This document shows, piece after piece, positions 8,767 to 16,108 of a stretch of DNA of 24,433 bases. Position numbers and translations under genes: made by a program. The stretch lies in contig CAZLEW010000003.1 of the NCBI GenBank assembly GCA_964558635.1, positions 1 through 24,433 on the forward strand. Direction: 5' to 3'. A model generated the notes under the pieces. The model did no database searches. It saw nothing but the letters and a program-made list of their open reading frames with translations, and was not told the DNA's origin. Numbering within the stretch: position 1 is the stretch's first letter; every line of letters starts with the position of its first letter. This DNA comes from an uncultured Candidatus Peribacteria bacterium (GTDB lineage Bacteria > Patescibacteriota > Gracilibacteria > Peribacterales > Peribacteraceae).

Positions 8767-9324
8767 TTAAGAAGCGAGTGGGTCAATCGGATGTAACGGA
8801 GAAAAAGCGGCAGTGCCGGATACTTCCAGATCGGAAGCGGACGGCGCGCCAAAATGATCACGGAGCGGAGCTGACTGACGCTTCTGCTCGTGTGACTTCG
8901 TTGCTGCAAAGAAGAAACCGTACCGTGCAATCGTGCGGCCAACGCTGGATGCAGAAATCGAAACGCCGTACTGCCGCTTGAGTAATTCTGCAATCGCATC
9001 CTTGCCAAGCAGCGGCTGCTCACGGCGGACATCACGAATCAACGTGACGATGTGCTCAGCGATCTCTGGTTCGCGCACACGATGTGGGCGACGCGACTCC
9101 TCCTCGATCGTTCGAATATCACGAACATCAAAACGTTCTGCCCATCGCAAGAACGTCGAACGTGCGATACCAAAATGGCGACACGTAAGACTCACGTTGC
9201 TTTCATGTTCGAGTGCGTATGAAAACCACTTCAAACGTTGCACTGCATCTTCACTCAGCTCCAGCTCTTTCGCCCGCTTGAGCAGGTGACGAACATCCCG
9301 AAGGCGAATGGTCCACGAATGCAT
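8767..9324 (-). CDS. IS481/IS3-type helix-turn-helix DNA-binding protein lacking the DDE/integrase core
   Basis: RLKWFSY....NVSLTCRHFGIARSTFLRWAERFD...EESRRPHR...IRDVRREQPLLGK..I..LL..YGVSISASSVGRTI is a tandem-HTH transposase N-terminus. The ORF ends at 185 aa with no catalytic region. Its stop is 3 nt before the next ATG (TAACCCATG). Confidence 0.75.
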   Translation of the reverse strand: MHSWTIRLRDVRHLLKRAKELELSEDAVQRLKWFSYALEHESNVSLTCRHFGIARSTFLRWAERFDVRDIRTIEEESRRPHRVREPEIAEHIVTLIRDVRREQPLLGKDAIAELLKRQYGVSISASSVGRTIARYGFFFAATKSHEQKRQSAPLRDHFGAPSASDLEVSGTAAFSPLHPIDPLAS

Positions 9325-9375
9325 GAATATTTTTTTGTGTGTTGGGTCCGCGCGCGTACGCGAAAGACTCTCAAT

Positions 9376-9404
9376 ATTGTAGCACCTTTAAATATTTTCG
9401 TCCA
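9376..9404 (-). promoter_or_regulatory. Promoter of the HTH/surface-protein operon
   Basis: On the minus strand: TGGACG (9404-9399), 17 nt, TACAAT (9381-9376), with an extended -10 TG at 9384-9383. Confidence 0.65.
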
Positions 9405-9407
9405 GTA

Positions 9408-10672
9408 CCGTCGAGATGTATCTGACCATAGGCTTGCTCATGCGGCGCTTGATGTGAGAACGAGACGACAAGCAATCGACGCGCATGTATCGGAACATCG
9501 CCCAATGCGATACAAAACCATACGAAGTACATATGACGATTCACGCCCTAACTGACGCGGGGTTGTTAGAACAAAGCTCTAACCATAGCGACAAATCACC
9601 TACTACACGGATAGGAACACAACATGCCTGGATGTATCGGAACCTTACGCAATCAGCTAATGCGGTACAGTGGTATTATCACATCACATAGTTGATTCGG
9701 CGTCCAATGAGCAAATCGCATTGTGTACTAGCCAATAAAAGCATGAAGTACTCTTCATACATGATTCATGTGAAAAGTATAGAAATACATGATGCACATG
9801 CATCGGAACATGCGGCAGTCCTGCGACGTCATTGCACAGTGGATGTGATCAACTTCGCCCGTTCTGTTCTGGGTGTACCCGAACACATAGCACACAGTAA
9901 CAAACACAACGTCAAGCCGGGATATTACACCGATTGTCGCGGATGTATCGTGACACGTGTCCTTGCGCAGACATACAATTTTTTCGCTCTACGAAGCCCT
10001 ACTGTCGTGGACGTATCGGAACATATGTTTATATAAATGACACAATAAAGCATATACTGCAAGACAACGTACTCACGTCGCTGCAGGAAGAGCTATTTCA
10101 CCTGTGAGAAGGGTATCGCAGATGTATCAGAACTTTCCGCAGATATACAGTATACTGCACAAGCAAGCTGCATGGATCACTCCTCCTGCATCTAGTAGAC
10201 AAGATGCATCGCGTACGAACCGAAGAACACGCCGAGGGAGACTCCTCCAATTCCAACGTACAACACGTGTCGCGCATGTATCAGAACATGTCGCACACCT
10301 ACGATGTCATGACACAGCAAATGTACCATACTCAGCATGAGATGTAGCGCTTGTACCTGAACGTATGGCGTAATCTTGAACTCTAGAGCCTCACTTACGT
10401 CTATTCCATTCATTGTCGCGGATGTGTCGTGAACCATGGCCCTAACTTGGGATGCAAGAGTGTCGCTCTCCAAATGTCTGCTGTAGCAGATGTATCTGAA
10501 CAAATCGAAACTCTGTTTTACCGCAATAGAAACGCCGGGTGCATCGTATGTTTCGAAACATGTGTTCGAAGAACGCGCATTCAATTCCACTCAACAATCA
10601 TACAAACATCTTTAGCGCTTCCATCAGGACTAAACGGCATGCACCCCCTCTGTTGCGGATGTATCGGAACAT
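9408..10672 (+). repeat. Non-coding array of ~16 degenerate direct repeats (core ATGTATCGGAACAT, extended TGTCGCRGATGTATCRGAACAT) with ~70-bp period
   Basis: 14-mer starts at 9416, 9485, 9632, 9798, 9873, 9943, 10011, 10122, 10276, 10351, 10422, 10490, 10548 and 10659, with weaker copies near 9561, 9723 and 10204. All are on the same strand; most gaps are 68-76 bp. Confidence 0.85.
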
Positions 10673-10674
10673 AC

Positions 10675-10704
10675 TTGTATCCCTTTGGCGTATTCTGCTA
10701 GTAT
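10675..10704 (+). promoter_or_regulatory. Promoter of the SLH gene
   Basis: TTGTAT (10675-10680), 18 nt, TAGTAT (10699-10704), with an extended TG at 10696-10697. Confidence 0.55.
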
Positions 10705-10726
10705 TAGCACAATTTCCCCCATACTG

Positions 10727-11770
10727 ATGGTGCACCCTTCCCGCATCCTTTCTGCCCTCACGGTCGCCGCGCTCGTCGCTGCACCACTCTCGGCTTTTGC
10801 TCAAACATCGTCGTTTAAAGATGTCCCGACGAGTCATCCAGCATCTGCTGCTATCGAGTACCTCAAAGAAAAGAATATTATCTCAGGGTATCCCGATGGC
10901 ACATTTAAGCCAGAAGCAAAAGTAAACCGCGCAGAAGCACTGAAGATCATCGTGGCACCATACGTTACGCCAGAGATCCTCGCCACAGCCAGTTCAACCG
11001 TGTACGTCGACGTTCCGACTGGTTCATGGTTTCTTCCGTATGTTGAGGCTGCCCGCCAAATACTTGGAATCATCGATGGCCCGCCAAAAGCGACAAACTT
11101 CAACCCCACGCGCAACGTGAATAAAGCAGAGTTCATTAAAATGCTCCTCATCGCCAATAAGGTTGATCCCACGACAACGCTCGGTGAAATCCGCGGAGGA
11201 CTCGCAACCGATGTCACCAATCCCGACGAATGGTTCTACCCGCATATGCGCTTCGCTGTGGCAGCGTCGATGACGATGGTTGGCGAAGATGGCGCGCTCA
11301 ACCCAGGGCAAGAGCTAACACGCGGACAAGTCGCACTATTGCTCTACCGCTTAGAAATGTTCAAGCAGGGTCGCCGTACGCAGGCGTTGCTCACCGAAGC
11401 TGAAACGGAAATTATTAATGTACTCTCACTCTTTGAGAAGAAAGATATTGTGAATGCTGAGTATGCTGCGACGCGCTCAACCGTCGCTGCACGCGGCGCA
11501 CTGATCAGTGCTCCAGACGAGGCAATTGTGAAGGGAGCAGTGAAGATCTCTGAGGGGTTCCAAGCACTCGTACAGTCGTACAAGGCAGGCTTGAGCGGAA
11601 ACCTTGATGGGGCAATCGCACTCTCGGGTACGGCCTGGAACAGCGCCGCCAAAGCCATGGAATTTAGCCCGGGACTCAATGAAGTTGCTTTACAAATGCA
11701 GAAAATTGCAAAGACCATTGCAGACGACGCTCGCGCCCTGAAGGCGAGTGGCGGCGTACCGGCACAGTAA
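10727..11770 (+). CDS. S-layer homology (SLH) domain protein
   Basis: The likely start is MVHPSR at 10727, with a signal peptide ending SAFA. SLH motifs: FKDVP..H.A..AIEYL....IISGYPDGTFKPE..VNRAE, further copies VNKAEF and LTRGQVA. The C-terminus is helical. Confidence 0.9.
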   Translation: MVHPSRILSALTVAALVAAPLSAFAQTSSFKDVPTSHPASAAIEYLKEKNIISGYPDGTFKPEAKVNRAEALKIIVAPYVTPEILATASSTVYVDVPTGSWFLPYVEAARQILGIIDGPPKATNFNPTRNVNKAEFIKMLLIANKVDPTTTLGEIRGGLATDVTNPDEWFYPHMRFAVAASMTMVGEDGALNPGQELTRGQVALLLYRLEMFKQGRRTQALLTEAETEIINVLSLFEKKDIVNAEYAATRSTVAARGALISAPDEAIVKGAVKISEGFQALVQSYKAGLSGNLDGAIALSGTAWNSAAKAMEFSPGLNEVALQMQKIAKTIADDARALKASGGVPAQ

Positions 11771-11822
11771 TGGTTCCCTTCGTCCGCCTCCGGCGGATCA
11801 GGGCAAGCTAGCTCACCATGAC
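11770..11822. repeat. Short nested palindromic (REP-like) element
   Basis: ATGGT...ACCAT encloses CCCT...AGGG, which encloses the TCCGCC-TCC-GGCGGA hairpin. Confidence 0.45.
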
Positions 11823-11841
11823 AACGATTCCATCAACTCAT

Positions 11842-11870
11842 AAAAAACCCGGGACCGTCCCGGGTTTTTT
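11842..11870. terminator. Bidirectional intrinsic terminator
   Basis: AAAAAACCCGGGA-CCG-TCCCGGGTTTTTT is a perfect 13-bp inverted repeat between convergent genes. Confidence 0.85.
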
Positions 11871-11877
11871 ATTGCAA

Positions 11878-12882
11878 CTAAATTAAATTCTGCACGAGCG
11901 CAATCATGCGTTCCTTCTCATTCGCATCACTCTGGGCAATCAGCAACGCGAGCGCCACGAGCGCGCTATCGCCAATGCGTCGCTCGCCCCCACTCCTAAG
12001 CTTCCCGTGCTTACGCAAATACAGAACAAACAAGAGCGACCCGATGCGTTTGTTCCCGTCGACGAACGGATGATCTTTGATGATGAAGTAGAGCAGATGC
12101 GCCGCACGTTCTTCAATGCTCATGTAGAGGGGCTCTGCATCAAACGTTTGATGCAGGTTTCGCAGAATAGACTGCAAGCCTCCAACGGGCCTCTCTTGGC
12201 CAAACAGCTCGCTCGCCGTCCCTTTCTTGCGCAGGTCTTTCGCGAGGAGCGCAATCGCTCGCGCGGCTTCCGCTTCTTCAAAATCACGGAGTTTCTTTGT
12301 TGTCCGAACCCGAAACGGCAGTTCACCATCATCAAACTGATGTAAGGTCGCCCAGCTGCGGGCGTAATCAGTAATGACATGCAACATGCCCTTCGCTTCA
12401 TCCCCCGAGAGCTGCCGCTGATCCGCTGCCGAGCGGATCATCCCGACTGTTTTTTCCAACTCGCTTAAATCCTTAAGGCGCACATCGCGCAAGCGACGTT
12501 GATTGAGCGTATATCCCTTCACCAGATGCCCCGTCAGGACCGATGTCGCCCACTGGCGAAACCGCGTGCCCTCTTTACTATTCACACGGTAGCCGACGGA
12601 GATAATCATATCGAGGTTGTAATATTCAACGCTGAACGTTCGGCCATCCGGAAGATGTGTAGCAAATTTTTTCACAGATTTTTTTGGCTTCAATTCTTCA
12701 CTGTCAAAAATACCCTTCATATGACGAGAGATACCCGATTTATCAACACCGAAAAGTGATACCATTTGGTTCAGACTCAACCATACGGTGTCTCCATCGA
12801 GCTTTACATGCACTGCCTTTGACGCACCGGCCCCTTTGTAGACGACAATATTTCCTGTCGGCGGCAGATTTTCATGTAGCAT
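11878..12882 (-). CDS. RhuM-family protein fused to a Fic/Doc domain
   Basis: N-terminal DTVWLSLNQM..LF...YYNLDMIISVGYRVNS..GTRFRQWAT (RhuM); C-terminal HPFVDGNKRIG (Fic/Doc motif). Confidence 0.9.
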   Translation of the reverse strand: MLHENLPPTGNIVVYKGAGASKAVHVKLDGDTVWLSLNQMVSLFGVDKSGISRHMKGIFDSEELKPKKSVKKFATHLPDGRTFSVEYYNLDMIISVGYRVNSKEGTRFRQWATSVLTGHLVKGYTLNQRRLRDVRLKDLSELEKTVGMIRSAADQRQLSGDEAKGMLHVITDYARSWATLHQFDDGELPFRVRTTKKLRDFEEAEAARAIALLAKDLRKKGTASELFGQERPVGGLQSILRNLHQTFDAEPLYMSIEERAAHLLYFIIKDHPFVDGNKRIGSLLFVLYLRKHGKLRSGGERRIGDSALVALALLIAQSDANEKERMIALVQNLI

Positions 12883-12951
12883 ATTTCAAGTATACCGAAG
12901 CCATTGGTGAATTATCCACTATCAATTGGAAACTTGTTTTTGTTTACCTTT

Positions 12952-13051
12952 AGCCATAATTCAGTTGTTGCATTTTTTGCACTAACTCATTTTTGGCTTC
13001 TATTGAACGAAATAGATCTGTTGCAAAAAACGCAACAGATCTATTATGGCT
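12952..13051. repeat. Pair of related long palindromes in inverted arrangement (topA terminator and/or operator)
   Basis: A perfect 14-bp stem AATAGATCTGTTGC (13011-13024) / GCAACAGATCTATT (13032-13045), and an imperfect related palindrome at 12952-12998. Confidence 0.6.
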
Positions 13052-13104
13052 TATTAGAGCTAAAAAAGAACTCATCGGAATTTCCGAAGAGTTCGATTTT
13101 GGCT

Positions 13105-15468
13105 TCAGCCCTTCTTTTTCCCTCTCCACGCGCGCTTGGGGCTCGTCTTTTTCTTCTCGAGGAGCTCCGTCGCTTCTTCGAGCGTGATGGCCTCGGGTGT
13201 GAAGCGCTTCGGGACCGAGCAATTGGTTTCGCCGTCAGTGACGTACGGGCCGTAGCGGCCAGATTTCACCGTGATATCCTTGCCAGCTGCGCTCTTCCCG
13301 AGTGTCCTGAGTGGCTCTGCTGCGAGTTTCTTGCGCGCTGCTGAATCGGCAACGTGTGCAATCGCTTGCTCGAGGGTGATCGTACCGGGGTCGATCTCGC
13401 CGAGGCTGGCCGTTTTCTCACCCCACTTGATGTACGGCCCAAAACGCCCCAAAAACACCGTCAGCATCTCGCCGTCTTTTGCCCCCAGCACGCGGGGGAA
13501 TGCGAGGAGCGAGAGAGCTTGTTCGAGCGTCGCATCATCGATCAACAGGTGCTTGGGGAGTGATGCCGTCTTGAGGTCGCTCTTCTTCTCTTTCTTTTCG
13601 CCTTTTTTAACTTTCTTCGCCTTCGGTGCGTTTGGATCAAGGCGACCAAGCTGCACGTACGGTCCAAAGCGGCCTGTGCGAACAATCACTTCCAGCTTCG
13701 TCTCAGGATCAATGCCAAGCACGCGCTCTTTCAGCACATCGGACTTCTTAATATCCTTCGTCTTCGTATCAACAAGCTCCTTAAAGGGATCAAAAAATCC
13801 ATGCAAAAATTTCTTCGTCTTGAGTCCGCCCTCGGCTATATCATCAAGCGATTGTTCCATCGTCGCGGTGAACGCTAAGTCGACGATCTGTGGGAAATGC
13901 TCCTTCAGCAGATCCGTCACGGTGAAGGCAATTTCTTCGGGAATCAACTGCTTGGCATCTTTGCGGATGTACCCACGCGCTTGCACGACACTGATCGTCG
14001 GTGCGTAGGTCGACGGTCGGCCAATGCCTTCCTCTTCCAATTTCTTCACGAGTGACGCTTCTGTGTAGCGTGCTGGGGGTTTTGTAAAATGCTGTTCGGG
14101 TATGACCTCATCGAGCGTCAGTGCCTGCCCCTGCGAGAGGGGAGGGAGCAGTTTCTCGCCGTCGTCACCCTCCGGGTGCTCATCACCCTCGTCGCGGTCT
14201 TCGCGATACACACGGAGGAATCCGTCGAAGGTCACCGTTTGGCCTGTGGCGCGGAATGTGTATGCGCCAGCAGAAATATCGGCGGCAATACGCTTGAACT
14301 CTGCTTGGGGCATCTGGGTCGCCATCGTGCGGTTCCATATAAGCGTATAGAGCTTGAGCTGTTGATGATCGAGTACATCTTCAAGGCTCTCCGGCGTCCG
14401 CGCGATCTCCGTTGGGCGGATAGCCTCGTGTGCTTCCTGCGCACCCTTCGATTTATTTTTAAACATCCTCGGCTCTGCGAGGACATACTCACGACCAAAC
14501 TTCTTCTCGATCGTTTCTTTTGCGTCAGCCAACGCCTTGGTGCTCAAATTCACCGAGTCCGTACGCATGTACGTGATGAGACCCACCGGCCCTTCGCCTT
14601 TGCCGAGTGAAATACCTTCGTACAGCTGCTGCGCGACCACCATCGTCTGCTTCACAGAAAACCCAAGCTTGCGAGCGGCTTCCTGCTGAAGGGTCGATGT
14701 TGTAAACGGCGCAGCGGGATTGCGGCTTACGTCCTTCTCTTCCATCTTCGATACGGCGTACGACACTCCTTCAATGTCCTTCAGCACGACGTCCATCTCC
14801 TCTTTCGACGTCGGCACGCATTTCTCACCATTCTTCTGCGAGAGTGCCGCTTTGAATGATTCCTTCTTATCAGTGACGAGCTCCGCTTCGAGCGACCAGT
14901 ACTCCTCGGGATTGAAGGCCCGAATTTCGCGCTCACGATCGACGATGATGCGCACGGCAACCGATTGCACGCGACCCGCAGAGAGCCCGGAGTAGACTTT
15001 CTTCCAGAGGAACGGTGAGAGCGTGTACCCCACGAGACGATCGAGGATACGGCGCGCTTGCTGCGCATCGACAAGGTTCATATCCAACGTGCGCGGCTTC
15101 GAAACGGCTTCCTGAATAGCGCTCTCGGTAATTTCATGGAAGACAATGCGCTTCACATGTGCATAGTCTTTAATCTTCAACGCTTGTGTGAGGTGCCAAC
15201 CGATCGCTTCGCCTTCGCGGTCTTCGTCAGTCGCGATCCACAGCTCATCACACTTCTTTAATTCGGCTTTCAATTTCTTCACCACTGATTCCTTCTCTTT
15301 TGTAACTTCGTACGTCGGTTCAAAATCGCCCGCAACATCCACCCCAAGGCCACTCTCGGGCAGATCACGAATGTGACCCATACTTGCTTCGACAATAAAC
15401 TCCTTCCCGAGGAAGCGCTTGATCGTCTTTGCTTTGGCGGGACTCTCGACGACAACAAGATGTGGCAT
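13105..15468 (-). CDS. topA: DNA topoisomerase I (type IA)
   Basis: TOPRIM LVVVESPAKAKTI and ATDEDREGEAI; SAGRVQS; catalytic ITYMRTDS; AQEAHEAIRPT; GIGRPSTY; C-terminal GRFGPY repeats. Confidence 0.98.
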   Translation of the reverse strand: MPHLVVVESPAKAKTIKRFLGKEFIVEASMGHIRDLPESGLGVDVAGDFEPTYEVTKEKESVVKKLKAELKKCDELWIATDEDREGEAIGWHLTQALKIKDYAHVKRIVFHEITESAIQEAVSKPRTLDMNLVDAQQARRILDRLVGYTLSPFLWKKVYSGLSAGRVQSVAVRIIVDREREIRAFNPEEYWSLEAELVTDKKESFKAALSQKNGEKCVPTSKEEMDVVLKDIEGVSYAVSKMEEKDVSRNPAAPFTTSTLQQEAARKLGFSVKQTMVVAQQLYEGISLGKGEGPVGLITYMRTDSVNLSTKALADAKETIEKKFGREYVLAEPRMFKNKSKGAQEAHEAIRPTEIARTPESLEDVLDHQQLKLYTLIWNRTMATQMPQAEFKRIAADISAGAYTFRATGQTVTFDGFLRVYREDRDEGDEHPEGDDGEKLLPPLSQGQALTLDEVIPEQHFTKPPARYTEASLVKKLEEEGIGRPSTYAPTISVVQARGYIRKDAKQLIPEEIAFTVTDLLKEHFPQIVDLAFTATMEQSLDDIAEGGLKTKKFLHGFFDPFKELVDTKTKDIKKSDVLKERVLGIDPETKLEVIVRTGRFGPYVQLGRLDPNAPKAKKVKKGEKKEKKSDLKTASLPKHLLIDDATLEQALSLLAFPRVLGAKDGEMLTVFLGRFGPYIKWGEKTASLGEIDPGTITLEQAIAHVADSAARKKLAAEPLRTLGKSAAGKDITVKSGRYGPYVTDGETNCSVPKRFTPEAITLEEATELLEKKKTSPKRAWRGKKKG

Positions 15469-15501
15469 AAGGGAAGAAGGGATGAGAGAAACTCCGAGGG
15501 A

Positions 15502-15530
15502 GCGTACGGACGTAGAGGCCGCATTGTCAA
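15502..15530 (-). promoter_or_regulatory. Putative topA promoter
   Basis: On the minus strand: TTGACA, 18 nt, TACGCT, followed by a pyrimidine-rich leader. Boundaries are approximate. Confidence 0.5.
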
Positions 15531-15640
15531 AGAAACGACCACACGATCACGACGTGCAAAAAGGTGAAATTACCTGTGGAATCACTGTTTTCACGACGGA
15601 TTTCTTCGTTTGTTGATCATTGTTTGTACTCAACTTTTTT

Positions 15641-15715
15641 GGCTTACCGTAGCCATGTAACTATTTTTTTGGCTTATGCAAGCCAATCCAGATAGAAAAG
15701 TGGCTTGCGCAAGCC
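15641..15715. promoter_or_regulatory. Three phased 14-bp dyads GGCTT-N4-(A/T)AGCC (putative operator array)
   Basis: GGCTTACCGTAGCC (15641), GGCTTATGCAAGCC (15671) and GGCTTGCGCAAGCC (15702), spaced 30 and 31 bp. The third overlaps the -35-like TTGCGC, which lies 16 nt before TAGACT (15727-15732). Confidence 0.65.
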
Positions 15716-15770
15716 CTTCTTCGCCGTAGACTAGATGGCAGCAATTCTTTACATCCTCCCCCTCCCCCTT

Positions 15771-16046
15771 ATGTCCAAGCAGGATTTGATCGCGCACATC
15801 GCGAACGCTGCAGGCATCACGAAGCGCGCAGCCGCTCTCTCGCTCGAGGCTCTCACGAGCATGATCACGCGCGAGTTGAAGAAAGGAAACTCCGTCACGG
15901 TCACGGGCTTCGGAACATTCCGCGTCAGCAAGCGCGCTGCACGCATGGGTGTGAACCCACGGAACCCAACGCAGAAGATCTCCATCCCTGCGATGAAGGT
16001 CCCATCGTTCAAGGCCGGCAAGACGCTCAAGGACGCTGTTCGCTAA
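15771..16046 (+). CDS. hup: Histone-like DNA-binding protein HU
   Basis: MSKQDLIAHIA...L.KGNSVTVTGFGTF.V..RAAR.G.NPR....I.IPA.KVP.FKAGK.LKDAV; the real start is at 15771. Confidence 0.97.
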   Translation: MSKQDLIAHIANAAGITKRAAALSLEALTSMITRELKKGNSVTVTGFGTFRVSKRAARMGVNPRNPTQKISIPAMKVPSFKAGKTLKDAVR

Positions 16047-16074
16047 TCTTCATCATAGATTCTTCGTTCGAGAG

Positions 16075-16103
16075 AGACCTCCGTAAAAGGAGGTCTTTCT
16101 TTT
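16075..16103 (+). terminator. Intrinsic terminator of hup
   Basis: AGACCTCC-GTAAAA-GGAGGTCT followed by TTCTTTT. Confidence 0.85.
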
Positions 16104-16108
16104 ATGTA

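Noticed and set aside
8790-8802. Array-like motif GATGTAACGGAGA (also GATGTACGATTGAAC near 24033)
   Set aside because: These are partial matches lacking the ACAT arm and are expected by chance.
8767-9324. Active IS481 insertion sequence
   Set aside because: There is no DDE domain, no evident terminal inverted repeats and no target duplication.
10018-10032. LexA/DinR-type box (GAAC-N4-GTTY), also seen near 10556-10568
   Set aside because: It arises at only two array copies as a by-product of the flanking sequence and is far from any promoter.
9408-10672. CRISPR array (period ~70 bp)
   Set aside because: The conserved part is only ~14-22 bp and degenerate, the spacers are mutually homologous through a block duplication, and there are no cas genes in the window.
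9408-10672. oriC (DnaA boxes) or canonical parS cluster
   Set aside because: There are no TTATCCACA-type boxes and no dnaA/dnaN/parAB nearby. The motif lacks the central 4 bp of TGTTTCACGTGAAACA. A non-canonical equivalent is not excluded.
9238-10727. Short ORFs in the array (MYRN... peptides, or a xVADVSEH repeat protein)
   Set aside because: The copies fall in all three frames, ORF lengths vary from 5 to more than 60 aa, some copies contain TGA in the DVSEH frame, and substitutions between paired units are mostly non-synonymous in both frames. An ancient coding origin remains possible.
10704-10730. CIRCE (HrcA) element; also sought near dnaJ and hsp20
   Set aside because: Only a TTAGCAC half-site is present here, and no full TTAGCACTC-N9-GAGTGCTAA was seen anywhere.
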